A stretch of DNA of 64,000 bases from Marsupella aquatica (lineage: Eukaryota; Plantae; Marchantiophyta): contig OZ316891.1 of NCBI GenBank assembly GCA_973895155.1, forward strand, positions 3,733,801 through 3,797,800, in the 5' to 3' direction. Within the stretch, counting starts at the first letter, position 1, and each line of letters starts with the position of its first letter. Below, in pieces: positions 38,069 to 50,693 of this stretch. The position numbers and the translations under genes are program-made. The notes under the pieces were generated by a model, which saw only the letters and a program-made list of their open reading frames with translations, was not told the origin of the DNA and did not search any database.

Positions 38069-39583
38069 ATGCCTCGGTTTTCAGACAGGCAAAGAGGCTT
38101 GAAACGAGTCAAACAGCAACTTGAACTAGCCATTGTTGTTCAGAGTTCGAAGAGTTCTCAAGATATTGGATCTGAAGACCTCGACCTCCATGGATTCTCT
38201 GAAGTTGACTCTCATATTTCTGAGAGGACTGATAGTGATTCAGACTTGCCTTTGGATAGCTCATCTGAGGATCAAAACAGGGAAGAGGATTTGGAGAATG
38301 ATGAGAATCCAACAGACCTCTTAGAGCTATATTTTGTGTTGTATAATACTCGTTATGTTGTTCATCGTCATGTGAGCCTAAAATCTAAGGAATTTGCACA
38401 ACAGTTCTTTCATTGCTTGGCAGATCCTTTGTTTAGGCAGCTCACGAGGATGGACAAATCCTCTTTCTATCACCTTCTAGGCTTGATTGAAGGACACCCT
38501 ATCTTCCAGAATGAATCGAATTGTCAGCAAGCACCTATTGAGGCCCAATTAGCTTGGTCATGATGGGAATGGTGCTTGCTTAAATCATATGATCCCCACA
38601 TGGGGCGTGAGTTGTGGTTCAATTGTCAACTACTCAAAATGTGCCTTTGAGGCTTTGGATGATGTTTTAAGCGACTATATCCAGTGGCCTACTAGTAGGG
38701 AACGAGCTGCAAGTTTGGAGGCATTTGCAAGGTTGGGATTTCCAGGCTGGATCGGTCTAATTGATGGAAGCCTATGCCCCTTGGCTCAACGTCCTGGCGT
38801 TCATGGAGAGTGCTACTATGATCGCAAGAGTCGATATTCCATAAATGTACAGGTGGTCTGTGACCACCGCAGAAGAGTCATGTTCTTGTTCTCAGGTGAG
38901 CAGTTATTTTCAATGTTGAATATGTTGAATGAGGCAGCAGTATCCAGTATCAACCAATGACTGCTGCTATTTGTGCCTTGCTGCAGGAATGCTTGGATCA
39001 TGCTCCGACCTGACTTGTGTGCGAAAGTCTCCACTCTTTTCCTTTCTGACTGATGTCAGAAGGAATGCTCTATTTGAATCTGACCAGTACATTTTAGGAG
39101 ATTCAGGCTATCAGGCCCTTCCACACATGGTTTCTGCATTTAAAAGGACTGACATGGTACCAGATAAAGAGAACTTCAATACTTGTGTTGCCAAGTGCAG
39201 GGTAACCAATGAGCACTGCATTGGAGTTTTGAAGAGCAAATGGCATTCTTTAAAAGAAGTTCGAACTCAATTGAATTCAAAGAAGGACAGCCTATGGATG
39301 GTAAGGTGGATCAATTTGTGTGGGAAATTGCATAACTATGTGCTTCACAGGCAGGATGCATGGACACCCGAGGATATTGCGCTGCAGAGAGAGCAAGATG
39401 GTGAAACCCAGGAGGACTTCTATCCAGAGCCCAATGTTGGTGGACCGGCTGATGCAGAGTGAGACCCTAGGGTAGTTTCGCGACGTGCTCTGGTGCGAGC
39501 TGGCAATGCACTACTAGTTCGAGTTATGGATACTGCTTTGGAACACTATCGTCAACCGGGGAAATTTTTACACCGTGAAGCTT
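38069..39583 (+). pseudogene. Harbinger-type DDE transposase (DDE_Tnp_4), disrupted
   Basis: FRQLTRMDKSSF..HPIFQN..QAPIEAQLA / GHDGNG..IQWPT..GFPGWIGLIDGS..YYDRKSRYSINVQVVCD; GT-AG intron about 38896-38986; YILGDSGY..FNTCVAKCRVTNEHCIGVLKSKW. Frameshift at about 38553 and premature TGA at 39460-39462. Confidence 0.9.
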
Positions 39584-40209
39584 GATTGTTCAAACATAGC
39601 TCATAGGATCTGTTTGTTTAACAGCCAATGATCGGCTTCCTTGTTCAAATGTAGCTGGGAGGACTTAAGCGTAGCTAGTAGGAGTTACCTGGTGGTAGGA
39701 GGTAGGAGATGATTAAAGCCAATGATCAGCTGTAGTTTAATTAGTTACAAGCTGTAGTTTGGTACCAACTTAGTCAAATGCCTTGAGCATTTAAAAGCTC
39801 GGCTCTGCAATTTTGTAATCTCGCCACTTCTAAAATATGTGCTTGCATTGTGAGCACTTGAAGACATACAATTGTGATATGTAAAGCTTCTATTGTCTTG
39901 GAATGAAGTAAGTTTTCAATGCACAATCCAGTCTACAATGGAGATCTTCAGAAATTAGCCCAGTGTTGCAAAGAGCAGTGGAGATGCATGCTTATATACC
40001 CAGACTGTCAATCATGGTCCAGAGAGAAGAACAGATAGGATCCACTTGAGAATTGCAAACAAATGTTCAAGAGGACTTCATTGAAAACACATCCATTTCA
40101 CAAAAGAGAACCTTTATTCAAAATTTGAGCCTTGCAGCATAGCAATGTCTGGAAGGCTGCATCGACATTGGGTAATGTGCAGCTAACTGTATGTAAAAAA
40201 ACTATTCAT

Positions 40210-41673
40210 CTAAGTCAATTGGCGTGTTGGGAGCACATGGCATTGCAGTAGGAGGAGGACGAGTCCTTCCGGGTGGATTGACATTGATAGGACCAGGGGG
40301 AAAATACTCAATAGCGCTACCAACTCATCTTTTGATCTGTTGCTCCTAACAAGCTCGGTAAGTAACGTTGTGTGCTGTTGGCGATCAATCAAATCCACCT
40401 GGTGTTTGTGCTCCAACCGTGCCCTCTTCTCCTCATGTCTCCTTTGCATTTGATTGTTTTTGTCTACTTGCATCCTCTGCAATCGGTTCTTTTTGTCTAG
40501 CTGAGCTGCAGCAACTTTTCTCACCTCTCGCCTATCAACCAATTCTTGGGTTCTCCACTTATCCTTGGTCTGGATCATCTCTCGCATGTACAACGATTTG
40601 TCACTAAGCTTATCTAAATAAAGATCAGCCATACTTGTCCTTGACTGTGCCTGTGATGATGGTGGAGCTGATCTCTTATTAGGAACCCACCTTTCCCCAT
40701 TCCCGACCGGAGTTGGAGTTGGGATTGGCCTAGCTTGTGACTCCTCCTCAACATATCCTGGTGTCCCAGTATTAGCAGTACCCTGCTCAGTGGCGCAAGG
40801 TTGGGCCTCGGTTTCAACACCAGCATTGGTCACGCCTTCGTGCTCCCGTTCGTGTTGTGTCTGTGGTCCGTTGTCGCCAGCCATCTCAGATTCATCCTGT
40901 TGCGGGCCAACACTGTCACCATAGGGCTCTTCTTCATCAGATCCTGGATCATATATGAGCTCAGGCTGTCCAGGGATGCCGCATTGCCCTAGTGCAAGAG
41001 GAGCCACATTAGCACGCTCCCCATAAAGTGCATTCATCCTTTCAAAGTGTGGGCATATCTTGTCAAGCTTATCGTCAAGTGTAATCCCCACTCTTAGCTC
41101 TGCCAGGGTGAGCCCAGCACCCGAATCATTCTTCATTGCCAACGCCTCCTTAAACTTGCTCGTGTATCTGCCAAATCTCTTGCCCAAATTCTCTCCTATT
41201 TGGACAAACTTTGCAAATCCGTTGGAATGCAGCATAATAAGCATAAGCTTAAACACAGTTTTCTTCAACGGATGCTTATCGCCAACCGATAGCCTTGATT
41301 GTGTCCCATGAAGCATCGCATAGTTATCAGCATTTTCGAGCCAATCAACGATCTTTGATAGGTCCTCCCTAGACAACTTCTTGTTCTCAGTAGGAATGTT
41401 CACGGCCGGACGTGGTGCAGGTCTTCCTTGTGCTCCAGCTGATGCACCAGCAACCACCATCGCTTCCACTGTCTGAGAATCGCTCACAATCAGAGGGGGC
41501 GAATCCAAAAACTGAAAGTGCTCTGCTTCAACACGTTCACCTGCAAAGTTAACACCTTCGTGGTCCATCGTATAGTCCATAAGGAGCCTAACTCGCACTA
41601 CCCAGATTTTTGAGAAATTCTGAGGGGGAACGACAACTTTCAAATCTCTCAGCCAAAACGGCTGCACATTCAT
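40210..41673 (-). CDS. Transposon accessory (Myb/SANT-like DNA-binding) ORF2, convergent with the transposase
   Basis: 487-aa ORF with IVDWLENADNY..LGKRFGRYTSKFKEA..SGAGLT..LDDKLDKICPHFERMNALYGERANVAP plus a coiled-coil tail, typical of PHIS ORF2. The true start may be near 41580. Confidence 0.75.
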   Translation of the reverse strand: MNVQPFWLRDLKVVVPPQNFSKIWVVRVRLLMDYTMDHEGVNFAGERVEAEHFQFLDSPPLIVSDSQTVEAMVVAGASAGAQGRPAPRPAVNIPTENKKLSREDLSKIVDWLENADNYAMLHGTQSRLSVGDKHPLKKTVFKLMLIMLHSNGFAKFVQIGENLGKRFGRYTSKFKEALAMKNDSGAGLTLAELRVGITLDDKLDKICPHFERMNALYGERANVAPLALGQCGIPGQPELIYDPGSDEEEPYGDSVGPQQDESEMAGDNGPQTQHEREHEGVTNAGVETEAQPCATEQGTANTGTPGYVEEESQARPIPTPTPVGNGERWVPNKRSAPPSSQAQSRTSMADLYLDKLSDKSLYMREMIQTKDKWRTQELVDRREVRKVAAAQLDKKNRLQRMQVDKNNQMQRRHEEKRARLEHKHQVDLIDRQQHTTLLTELVRSNRSKDELVALLSIFPLVLSMSIHPEGLVLLLLQCHVLPTRQLT

Positions 41674-42374
41674 GGCTCTTTGTCAAAATATGCGCGAATT
41701 GACGTGCTCATTGTGAGGAATGGAAGCACTCCGTCACGCCGTGTCAAGTTTGCATTTTGAACTACACATGGGCGGGGGCTGGTTTGGAAGTCTGCGTAAT
41801 CCGCGGGGGGCACTTATTGACCCCTCTCAAAGTTAGTACCCCCAGGGTTAAACTCACCCGGAACTGCGGTTCCAGTCACCGTTTCGGACCTCAACTTGGG
41901 GGGACGGCCGTCCGGGAAAAGACTCGGACGACCAAGTTTGAGACGCCCTAATGTACCATGTTGGCAAAGCCATGCCTTAGGCAGTATGTTCTCATCGGAT
42001 CCTAAAGGTGCCCGCTTGGTTGGGATAAGTGGATTAAAGTTCCGGTTATGTCATTATTCCTGCCATACTAGACATAACCGGGATTGAAATACAACAACCC
42101 GGATGCTTTCTTGCATTGAAATACAATCTCTCGTTCGATTCATATCATTTTCTTTCTTGATGAAGGATTTCATATAATTTTCTTGCTTGAACGAAGTATA
42201 ACAATTGATACAAACTCCTCATCTCAGAGAAGCACCCTAGTTGTGATGCAAGAAAAATTGAATTTTTTTTCTTTTTTTTTTCAAAATTTGAGGGGAATAT
42301 TTTTTGGGAATATTTTTTAGAAACTATGGGGAGTCCATATTGTACTGACACCCCATCTCGGCCAGGTCAGCTAA

Positions 42375-42736
42375 GGGCCACTTTACAAGACTGGCGCGGC
42401 AATTTAGTCCCTCTTTTTTCATGATCGAATCAATCATAACCGTTGTTTCAGCCTGCCCGGGCGCTCCTTGCTTTAGAAGACTGGCGCGGCAAGTTGAGCT
42501 GCGGGAATAACCGAACCTGCATTCTGGTATGGATCAGCTCGGGCTAGCCGGCTTGGGACTCTCATCCGGGCGCTAGACTGTCGGACCTCCGGAGGTGCGA
42601 ATATGGGCAGCCCGCTTCCTTCTAGAATTCCTGCATTGGATTGGTCTAGAGTCCTACCGTACCACTAAAAGTTGGGCTCTGTTACAGCTTTGGTAGAAAG
42701 CACTCAAATTGCCGCGGCCGTCTTGTAAAGTGGCCC
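42375..42736. mobile_element. Tourist-like MITE (362 bp)
   Basis: TIRs GGGCCACTTTACAAGAC and GTCTTGTAAAGTGGCCC, with TAA on both flanks. Confidence 0.9.
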
Positions 42737-42787
42737 TAAGATGGGTGGGTGTCCATAGTGTATAGCAAAGACCCCACCTGAGCTACA

Positions 42788-44289
42788 CTCTTTACAGTAT
42801 TTAGTGTCACGAAACAATTAGTGTCACTAACAATTAGTGACACACACTAATTAAGGGTAGCCCTTGATTTTCAGCCAAGTGACACTATTTACCTTCAACC
42901 CCAATTTTGAAAAATAAATTAATATGTTAAAAATATTGATAATTAGAGGTGACAATGTTATTGGTGGTAACCCTAAACTGGACTCACTCCAAAGTTATCC
43001 AGACTACCAGCAACATCTTTTTGTGTGTATATTCGTAGAAAGTTTTCTTTGTGTTTTAGCTTGTTAGTCTTTGTGGAAGGAGGTTGACAGATTGATAACA
43101 TGGCGGGATATGGATCGCCCATCATAGCTGGATTTGCTAGAGCAATGGAAAGAGAATCAAGACTATGTCAAAATGTCACTGGTAATTAATTTGTATCTCC
43201 TTTGGCTTTTCCTTGTTGCACTTCAAGACCCACAAAATGTTTTTAAGTGTATCAAAAGAGTGTGTTTGTTTCTCGAAGCAACTTCTGAAATGTTCATTCT
43301 ATACTTTATGTCTCATTGTGATGAGAACTCTCAATCCCTTTACCATTAGAAGCGTGTTAAGATGCGCTTTCCAACGAGCCCAACATCGCCCATTTTTGTT
43401 TAGGATCAATGCATGGAAAATTTTCCAAAGGCAGCTATCTTCTCTGTGTATGCACATTTTCTGCAATCAGCAATGATTGACCTTTGATTTCTCCTTGATT
43501 ATTGGATGATAGGTGTCAGTCTTGGTACCATTAGAAGCTCCTTGAGATGTGCTTTCCAACTAACCCAGCATCACCCATTTCGTTTAGGATCAATGCATGT
43601 AGATTTTTTGAAAGTCAGTTGTTTTCTGTGTGGTATGCATATTTTCTACAATCAGCGATGATCGACCCTAAACCCACTTCTCTTGGGGTTGTACGTACGC
43701 CGTCTTGCAAGGATGAGACACAGGGGACAGGTTGTAGGAGAGTGAAAAGGATGTTAGTTTGTACCTTATGTGAGACAGCATGTGTTAATCATAGTTGATA
43801 GAAGTGAATCAAACAGATCTTGTTTGCTCAATGTGGGTGAGTACCTCAAACTGCAATTTTGTGCTCTATGAGAAGGAGTTCCAACTTTCTGAAGTTTGCT
43901 CAATGTTTGAGTAGTATATGAAAGGATGTAGAAGTTTCTGAAGTTTGCTCAATGTTTGAGTAGTATATGAAAGGCATTATAGGTTTCTGAAGTTTGCTCA
44001 ATGTTTGAGTAGTATATGAAAGGCATTATAAGTTTCTGAAGTTTGCTCAATGTTTGAGTAGTAAATTTTGTAAACTGTAATCAAATATTGTGCACATTTA
44101 AAAAAAATTATAAGCAAATTTGACTATTGTCCATTCTATTTTTTTTAACTTAAGTGTGTGTGACACTATTTGACTTGTGACCACAATTAGTGTCATATTA
44201 TATTAGTGTCACACACCCTAATTATCATCACTTACCTCAAATATAACCTCACATTAATTAGAGTGTGTGAGAATAAATACTGTAAAGAG
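42788..44289. mobile_element. Non-autonomous TIR element, probably Tc1/mariner type (about 1.5 kb)
   Basis: TIRs CTCTTTACAGTATTTA and TAAATACTGTAAAGAG. Right flank TA, left flank CA (possibly a mutated TA). Subterminal TTAGTGTCAC repeats at both ends. Confidence 0.75.
43886..44063. repeat. 49-bp tandem repeat, about 3.6 copies, inside the TIR element
   Basis: TTTCTGAAGTTTGCTCAATGTTTGAGTAGTA at 43886, 43935, 43984 and 44033. Confidence 0.9.
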
Positions 44290-45819
44290 TACTTAACCCA
44301 TATTCAGAAATTTTAGTGCAACAAAGCTCATAATTGATAATGTTATGTTTTCCCTCACTTTTCAAGTTTAGCTCTCTTGTGACTGCCCATGTCCATTAGT
44401 CTCAGCCCAACACCTTTGAAGTCTCTTGAATGCACAATAGTTTTGGAAGCATTTCACAGACCACACTGTCATGATGGAGCAATAATTTAGTGCTTCATAG
44501 TTTTAGTGTTTCACATAGTGCATAAACTCCCTTCTGAACTGGAGTTGAACGCAGCCTCCCCAATTATAAGTGTTAACTTAGTAAGATGCTCATCTGCTGA
44601 AAACTCAGTTTACAGAAATGAGCATGTAAAGAGAAATAAATTTTCTTGATTTATGAGAGCCAATAAGGTGGAATGGACTGTAATATCTTCAAGTTTGTTT
44701 TCTAAAGTCACAGTCCTTCTCCCTATGTGAAGGGCCTTTGACATCTTCAAGTTTGGTTTCTAAATTTGCAAGGGTATCCCTGTTCTATTTGGTTTCCCAA
44801 CATTGTGGCTATTCAAAATAGCATGATACAAAGATGATGCGACTTCAATCAACTTTCATGATGTGACACCTTCCTGAATCAAAATTTCCTCCTTTCGCTA
44901 GGTTGCTTACCGAGGTAGTGTATGCAAGGTTGAAATAACTCTGCATGCTACTAGGTTGTAACAATCCTAGAGCTTCTACAGCGGCATGATCCAGGTGATA
45001 TCCAGAAAAGAAGGTCATGAATGTAAATTGTGCATGCTGCGAAAAAATTGTTCATTGATTTACTGGCTTGTAACAATTGTAGAAGTTACAAGCCAGTAGC
45101 ATACACGAAAGTTCATGATTCAAAACAATTTGATTCATCATAAAAACAAACAAAAAAATCATCATATATTTTAAAGTTCCCCACTTTGAATTTCACACCA
45201 CAATTTAGAGACTTGCTTTAGAAACTAATTTCTCAATAATTAATATGTCCAAATTAACTAATTTCTCAATAATTAATATGTCCAAATTAACTAATCAAAA
45301 CAAATATTATTCAACATTAGAGTTTCTTTTCCAAATCTCATTAAACAACTTAAATCTTACTAGGAAAATATTCTTCTTTCAAACTAAATTACCAATCAAC
45401 AAATAACATTAAAAATCTCAAGCCTTTGCGGACTAGAAATGAGCACAAGATTGCTCCTAGCAACCCATCAATAACCCATAGTTGCTCATTGCCCCTTGAC
45501 TTGACACGTTCCTGCTTGCCTATTATAGCTCGCCCATCGTAGCTTGCTCCATGTCACTTGCTCAATTTTGCCCTTTGCCCTCTCACATTTTTAGCTTTAT
45601 GAATTTATTAAACTTGTACATCCAAAAGTGTCATGAATTCATGAACTTCATTTTAGGATTTTTTAACCATGATGCAAGATCATTTTTCATGAATTCATGA
45701 AACAAAATCTAGTATCAAAGTTAAGGAATCCTTAAAAAAACAAAAGATTATTGAGGAAACACTAAAAGATTGCTTGAAAGAAAAACCACTCAAGACAAGG
45801 AAAATGATAAAAACATGAT

Positions 45820-47100
45820 ACAAAAAGACAAAGACAATTATAAGTGCAACGTTTGCAAAAAGTATATAAAATATCAGGAAAATAATACCGATAACAATAA
45901 AGAGAATAATTTATGATTATTTTGTGGAATAAAGACAAAAATACTTATGTATGTTAGTAAAAGTTTAATACCTTTAGTCATAAAATGTTGGAATAAAAAA
46001 TTGAGTTTTTTTGATAATAAATAAACTCAAATAAATGCAAACTAGAAACATATGTAAGTTTGAGTATTAATAATGACAGACTGGGGAACTATTGTTACTT
46101 GGGTTTGTAAGCATTAAAAAACAATAAATTAATAATTCATGAATTTATAAATAGTTTGTAAACGAAGGTAATACTTTGAGAACATCTATTTTGTAAGGAG
46201 ATTTATGTGAGATAATTTAAAGACAACAAATCAATAGTAAGACTCATTTAAATTTTTTTATGGATATTTGAAGTGACTTCAATAGATTTTAATATGTCAT
46301 TTCAAGGATAAATTAGTCACAAGATCTTACACATATGCAACTTATAATTGTAACAATGATAATTAGTTGATTTTGAGACTAAAAGTTTACTCTAATCCAT
46401 TTAAGTTTTAATGCATCCAAAGAATAGCATATATTGGGCGGGATATTGAGCCAATGATAGTGCACACAACAGAAAAAATGTTTTGATAATTTATTAAATC
46501 AATACTTATTGTTAGGTTGATTTATTTGTTTGTTTGCAAAGTAAACACGTTGACAAACCAAACGAAAAGCTTGTTCAATTTTTGCAAAATATGGTGTTTT
46601 GAAATGAAGTTTTTTGTCAAAACCAAGTTTTTTGAAATTAATCAAAAAATGGATCAGTTTTTGCATTGTGTCCATTAATGTTTTGGGAGCTAAACTAATG
46701 ATCAGGAGATTAAATATCTGGATGCCATTTTTAGTGAGAGATTAGAGACTAGAATCTTCATATGTGGAAAAACAATTTGTGCTAGATAAATTTCTTCAAT
46801 GATTTCCAAACTCAAGACTTTGACAAAAATCAAAAACTTTTATGACAAGAGAAAGTACACTCAACTTTTAACATGCCAAAAAGTATACGGTGTATCACAT
46901 TTTGGATTCAGTCTAGCACAACCCCCAAAATGCTGTTTGACGGCATATTGAAAATGACTATAACAATTTATAAATTTAAATTCACTCAAATCTTCAACTT
47001 TGACTATGATGTCAACCCAAGGTTTAGTGAGCTACCATGTAACTGCATAGTTGAGCGCACAGTCGGATACTTTAACTCTAAACAGGTTAAGCTAACTAAG
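45820..47100 (+). mobile_element. Possible highly decayed hAT transposase remnant
   Basis: AT-rich DNA with fragments KDNYKCNVCKKYI (BED-finger-like), MTDWGT (TRWxS/T-like) and LMHPK. No long ORF. Confidence 0.3.
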
Positions 47101-47736
47101 ACGAGTGGATTGTACCCCCCACAAGTATGGGACTAGCATTGTTGCACTATTAAAACCAGCAAGTGAACAAAATCCCAATCATGATCCATGGGTTGCTGTC
47201 CATACACAAAACTAACCATTGAAGGCATAATCCATTTTTAAACCAATACAATAATGAGAGAAATTTCATTTGTGATCCATGGATCACCAATGTTCTCAAA
47301 CCTAAAACACTATCCTCAAAAATTGCATTAAAGTTTTTTTCATCTCTAAAACCTTGAGGGGAAGTACAATAAATTGTGACCCGCAGATCAAAACTCTTGC
47401 GGACACAATAAAACTCATTTCAAAAATTCATACTTTTACCATAGTAGGATTCTTATTGGATTAACTTGACCATAGTTTAGATCTTTTTGGAATATACCCT
47501 ATTGGGTGGGCCATGCTTTGAAGTCTACTTGTTAAGAAATGTGAAATATATTACTCTGTATTATATTTTGTATTGCATCCATAGAAATTGATGATACAAA
47601 ATATCATATTTATTCATTTTATGACATTCATTGATTCAAATTTGAGATGTTTTGCTTTTGTGCTTCAAAATGTTTGATTTTGTAGGAAATCTTGATTTGT
47701 ATCACGTTGTGTTTTACACAGAAAAAACTTGGGGTC

Positions 47737-47790
47737 GCCCAAACGAGAAGTCTGTCACACTTCTCGTTTGGGCCATCAACGTGTTACTAG
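47737..47790 (+). other. Perfect 15-bp hairpin followed by CTAG (Helitron-like 3' end)
   Basis: GCCCAAACGAGAAGT-CTGTCAC-ACTTCTCGTTTGGGC, then 13 nt, then CTAG at 47787-47790. Confidence 0.5.
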
Positions 47791-50693
47791 AACACATAGA
47801 TTCTCTAATCAAGTAAGTTGAGAATGGTCACTTGACTTATTCATGAGTTTTGAACCAACAATTTACATCGATATATTGTCTACACAAGTGGTCCCTCGTG
47901 ATATCAAATCCAGGAAATTTTAATATCAACTGCATTATCAAAAATTGTCTCCCAATTGCATTCTCAAAAATTGGAAAGTTAAAAATGAGACTATGATGCT
48001 TTCTAAATCTGTATACCAAATTAGGATACCTCGGAAAAAATAAATTAACATAAGTTAATTCACTTGAATTAGTATGATATGTACTATGTCTTCGATGTGT
48101 GTGCTATTTCATTTCCCTCAAAATGGCCACTATGGCATAAGGATTTCAGACAAGCTGTCTCAAATTGCAATGTCTGTCCTAGGTTCACAAAAGGCTTCTC
48201 ATGTAGAAAAGTAAAAATACTTTTAGGCGTTGGTTCTGGTTCCTTCTCTTACAAAAGAAATAATATCACCAGCTAGTATTTTGATTGGAAATTTTGTTAA
48301 GATCTCTGGATCAAATTTAAAAACCTTGAGTCTTTGATTGCATGTCCCCCTTACAAAGGAAACAATATCACCAGCTAGTGTCTTTATTGGAAATTCTGTT
48401 AAGATCTATGGACCAACTTCAATTCAAATACCTAGTCTTTGATCTCATGCCAGAGCATTATCTTTCCACTCTTTCTTCACTTTTCTATTTTGAATCTTGA
48501 TTTTCTTCATTTCTTTCAATTTGTGTTTGTCATCAGTCTCCTACAATTATAAACTTTGTCCTCACTCTTTACTCCTTCACTTGCTCTTCTTTTGTGTTTG
48601 TCTTCTATTGATGCATCTGTCTCTTATCATGATAGTCTTTTAGATGTCATTGCAAGGCTGTTTAAGAGTAAGTTAGTCTGCTCAATTCCGATTCTTGATT
48701 CCCTTCTTTGTAATGTTCCAAAAACTTTGACAATACTCCCGTCTTGCAGGAAGCTAAACGCTTATATATTAAGTTATAAATTTATGTAATCTCATACCAC
48801 AAAAGCCATATCTTGATATTAAAGCATGAAAAGACAAATCAATGGAGATGATGTCTATAGACCAATCCTATCGCACTGGACCCAACTGTTTAGTCATGTC
48901 GTGCGCACTAAGCTCTCACTCTTAGGTAGTAAGGGTCCTACAGGAGAACAATTCAAGTATCACTTCTATTCATTTTGAGGTTATTTTTAAGATGAAATGT
49001 AAATAATATAGTGTATTGACTATTTGGTTAACATTATTTAGTTTTTGGGTAGAGGAGGCTTATTAGTTAGTGACAGGTCTATACTCTTCAAATATGAACA
49101 TATTGAATTGATTTGCGTGGGCCTATGGGCTTAGGGTCAGTTTATGACAGATTATTGGGAGATTCTAGGATTGAAGGCTTAGGGTTTAGTGAGCAAAATC
49201 TTAGTGATTAGATTGTTGACAATAGTCAATTGATTAGAGGAGCAAAAATTGATTGTCTTCTTTTAGTATATCCTATGAAGCAGGGTATTAGTTCTACTTA
49301 TAGTAGAAGTGCGAGCTAGTAGATTCTATTTCCTCTAATCAAGGAGGAAGATCCCCCGGAAGATCATACCTTTTGGTTGGAATATATATATATGCATGCA
49401 TAGATACCTATACCCCTCTTCTCAAAAAGGTAATATGCAACAGTTGGGTCTGCAAGTATATAGTTTGATTCTGGGGTTATCAAGCTAAGAGTCAAAATTC
49501 AATCCGTGGCAAGTGCATTTGAAACCAGATAGAAGTCTGTTCGATCAAATAAATTGTATGAGTTTTTTGAGTTCAAGTTTGGACCATGACTAGCAATTTA
49601 CCTTAATTGCAAAGGGCCAAAAATCTTACTCTAGGTGCCAATTACCCGTACAAGGAAGTTATCAAGTTTGTTAGTAGTCATTATTTATTATATGAAAAAT
49701 ACTTTTTAAATCTTTGAATTTAAGTTTTAAAATTGGATACGTAACTAAAATGGTTACACAGTGACAGTTTTATACCGTCTTGCTCTTTGCATTTCTAATT
49801 TTTGACTTTTCTGTTTATGGCATGGCGTCCCAAAATTTATATTCAAATTGACACAAACACGAATGAAACCTATAAGTTTAATTCACAAAATTGATGAGTC
49901 TTGTTTGTTGCGGTTGTTGTTGACATGGCACACTGTGGTGCCAGGAATTTTGGAAGGGACCTCTCATGGGGTCCGTAATCAATTGACGATCAAAAGTATT
50001 GCAAAATTGACCTTTTTTCTAAGTAGCAAGGATTGTTTTTACATATAATTATATAAAATAATAATAATAATGGGTACAAGGGGGTTTGTTCAGAGGGGAT
50101 ACATATATATATATTTACTGGGAGTGGGGGCTAAGGGTTGGCCCCTCCCCCTTGCAAGTTTCAATCCCCACCCTGGCGACCTGGCTGGCTATGTGCTCAA
50201 AAACAGGGTCCCAGACTCCATAGGGGCCTGATGATCCTCGGGTCCCGATGATCCACCCTACTCTTCCTTCTACACTAGAACGAGGCCCCAAAAGTATACA
50301 TATTTTTGATGTGTAAACAAACCCACATTCGGGTCTACCGCCTGATTTGAGCTGGGTCATCGGGGGACAGGCCAGCCATGTTTGGTGTAGGGCTTGTTCA
50401 AAAAATGGGAAAGAGGCAGCCGGGTGAGGGTAAATTTGGTTAGGGTAAGGTGGAGCCAATAGCACCTTGCCATGTGTCAATCTGGTGTTAACTAAAACAA
50501 TGAAAGTCATATATACAAAATGGAGGGCAACCTAACAATTAAAATAATTGTGGGGATAAATTAATAGTTTAGTTCTCTTTGGGGGGAAAGTTGTATGGTC
50601 TTATGCCAAGATCCAAGTCTTTGTTTTATGTTCTGGTTGTACCATTGAGTTTATATTTAACTCGCCATCTTATCAGAACAGAAATATACACAC

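Larger units (their letters stand above)
36611..41949. mobile_element. Full-length PHIS (PIF/Harbinger superfamily, Pangu-like) DNA transposon with three ORFs
   Basis: TIRs AGGGCATCTCAAACT (36611-36625) and AGTTTGAGACGCCCT (41935-41949), 14/15 match. AAT flanks both ends (36608-36610, 41950-41952). The element is absent from the paralogous site near 6720-6740. Confidence 0.9.

Noticed and set aside
37904-38069. Spliced fusion of the RPA-like ORF to the transposase
   Set aside because: Even reading through the TAG, neither candidate acceptor puts the two ORFs in frame.
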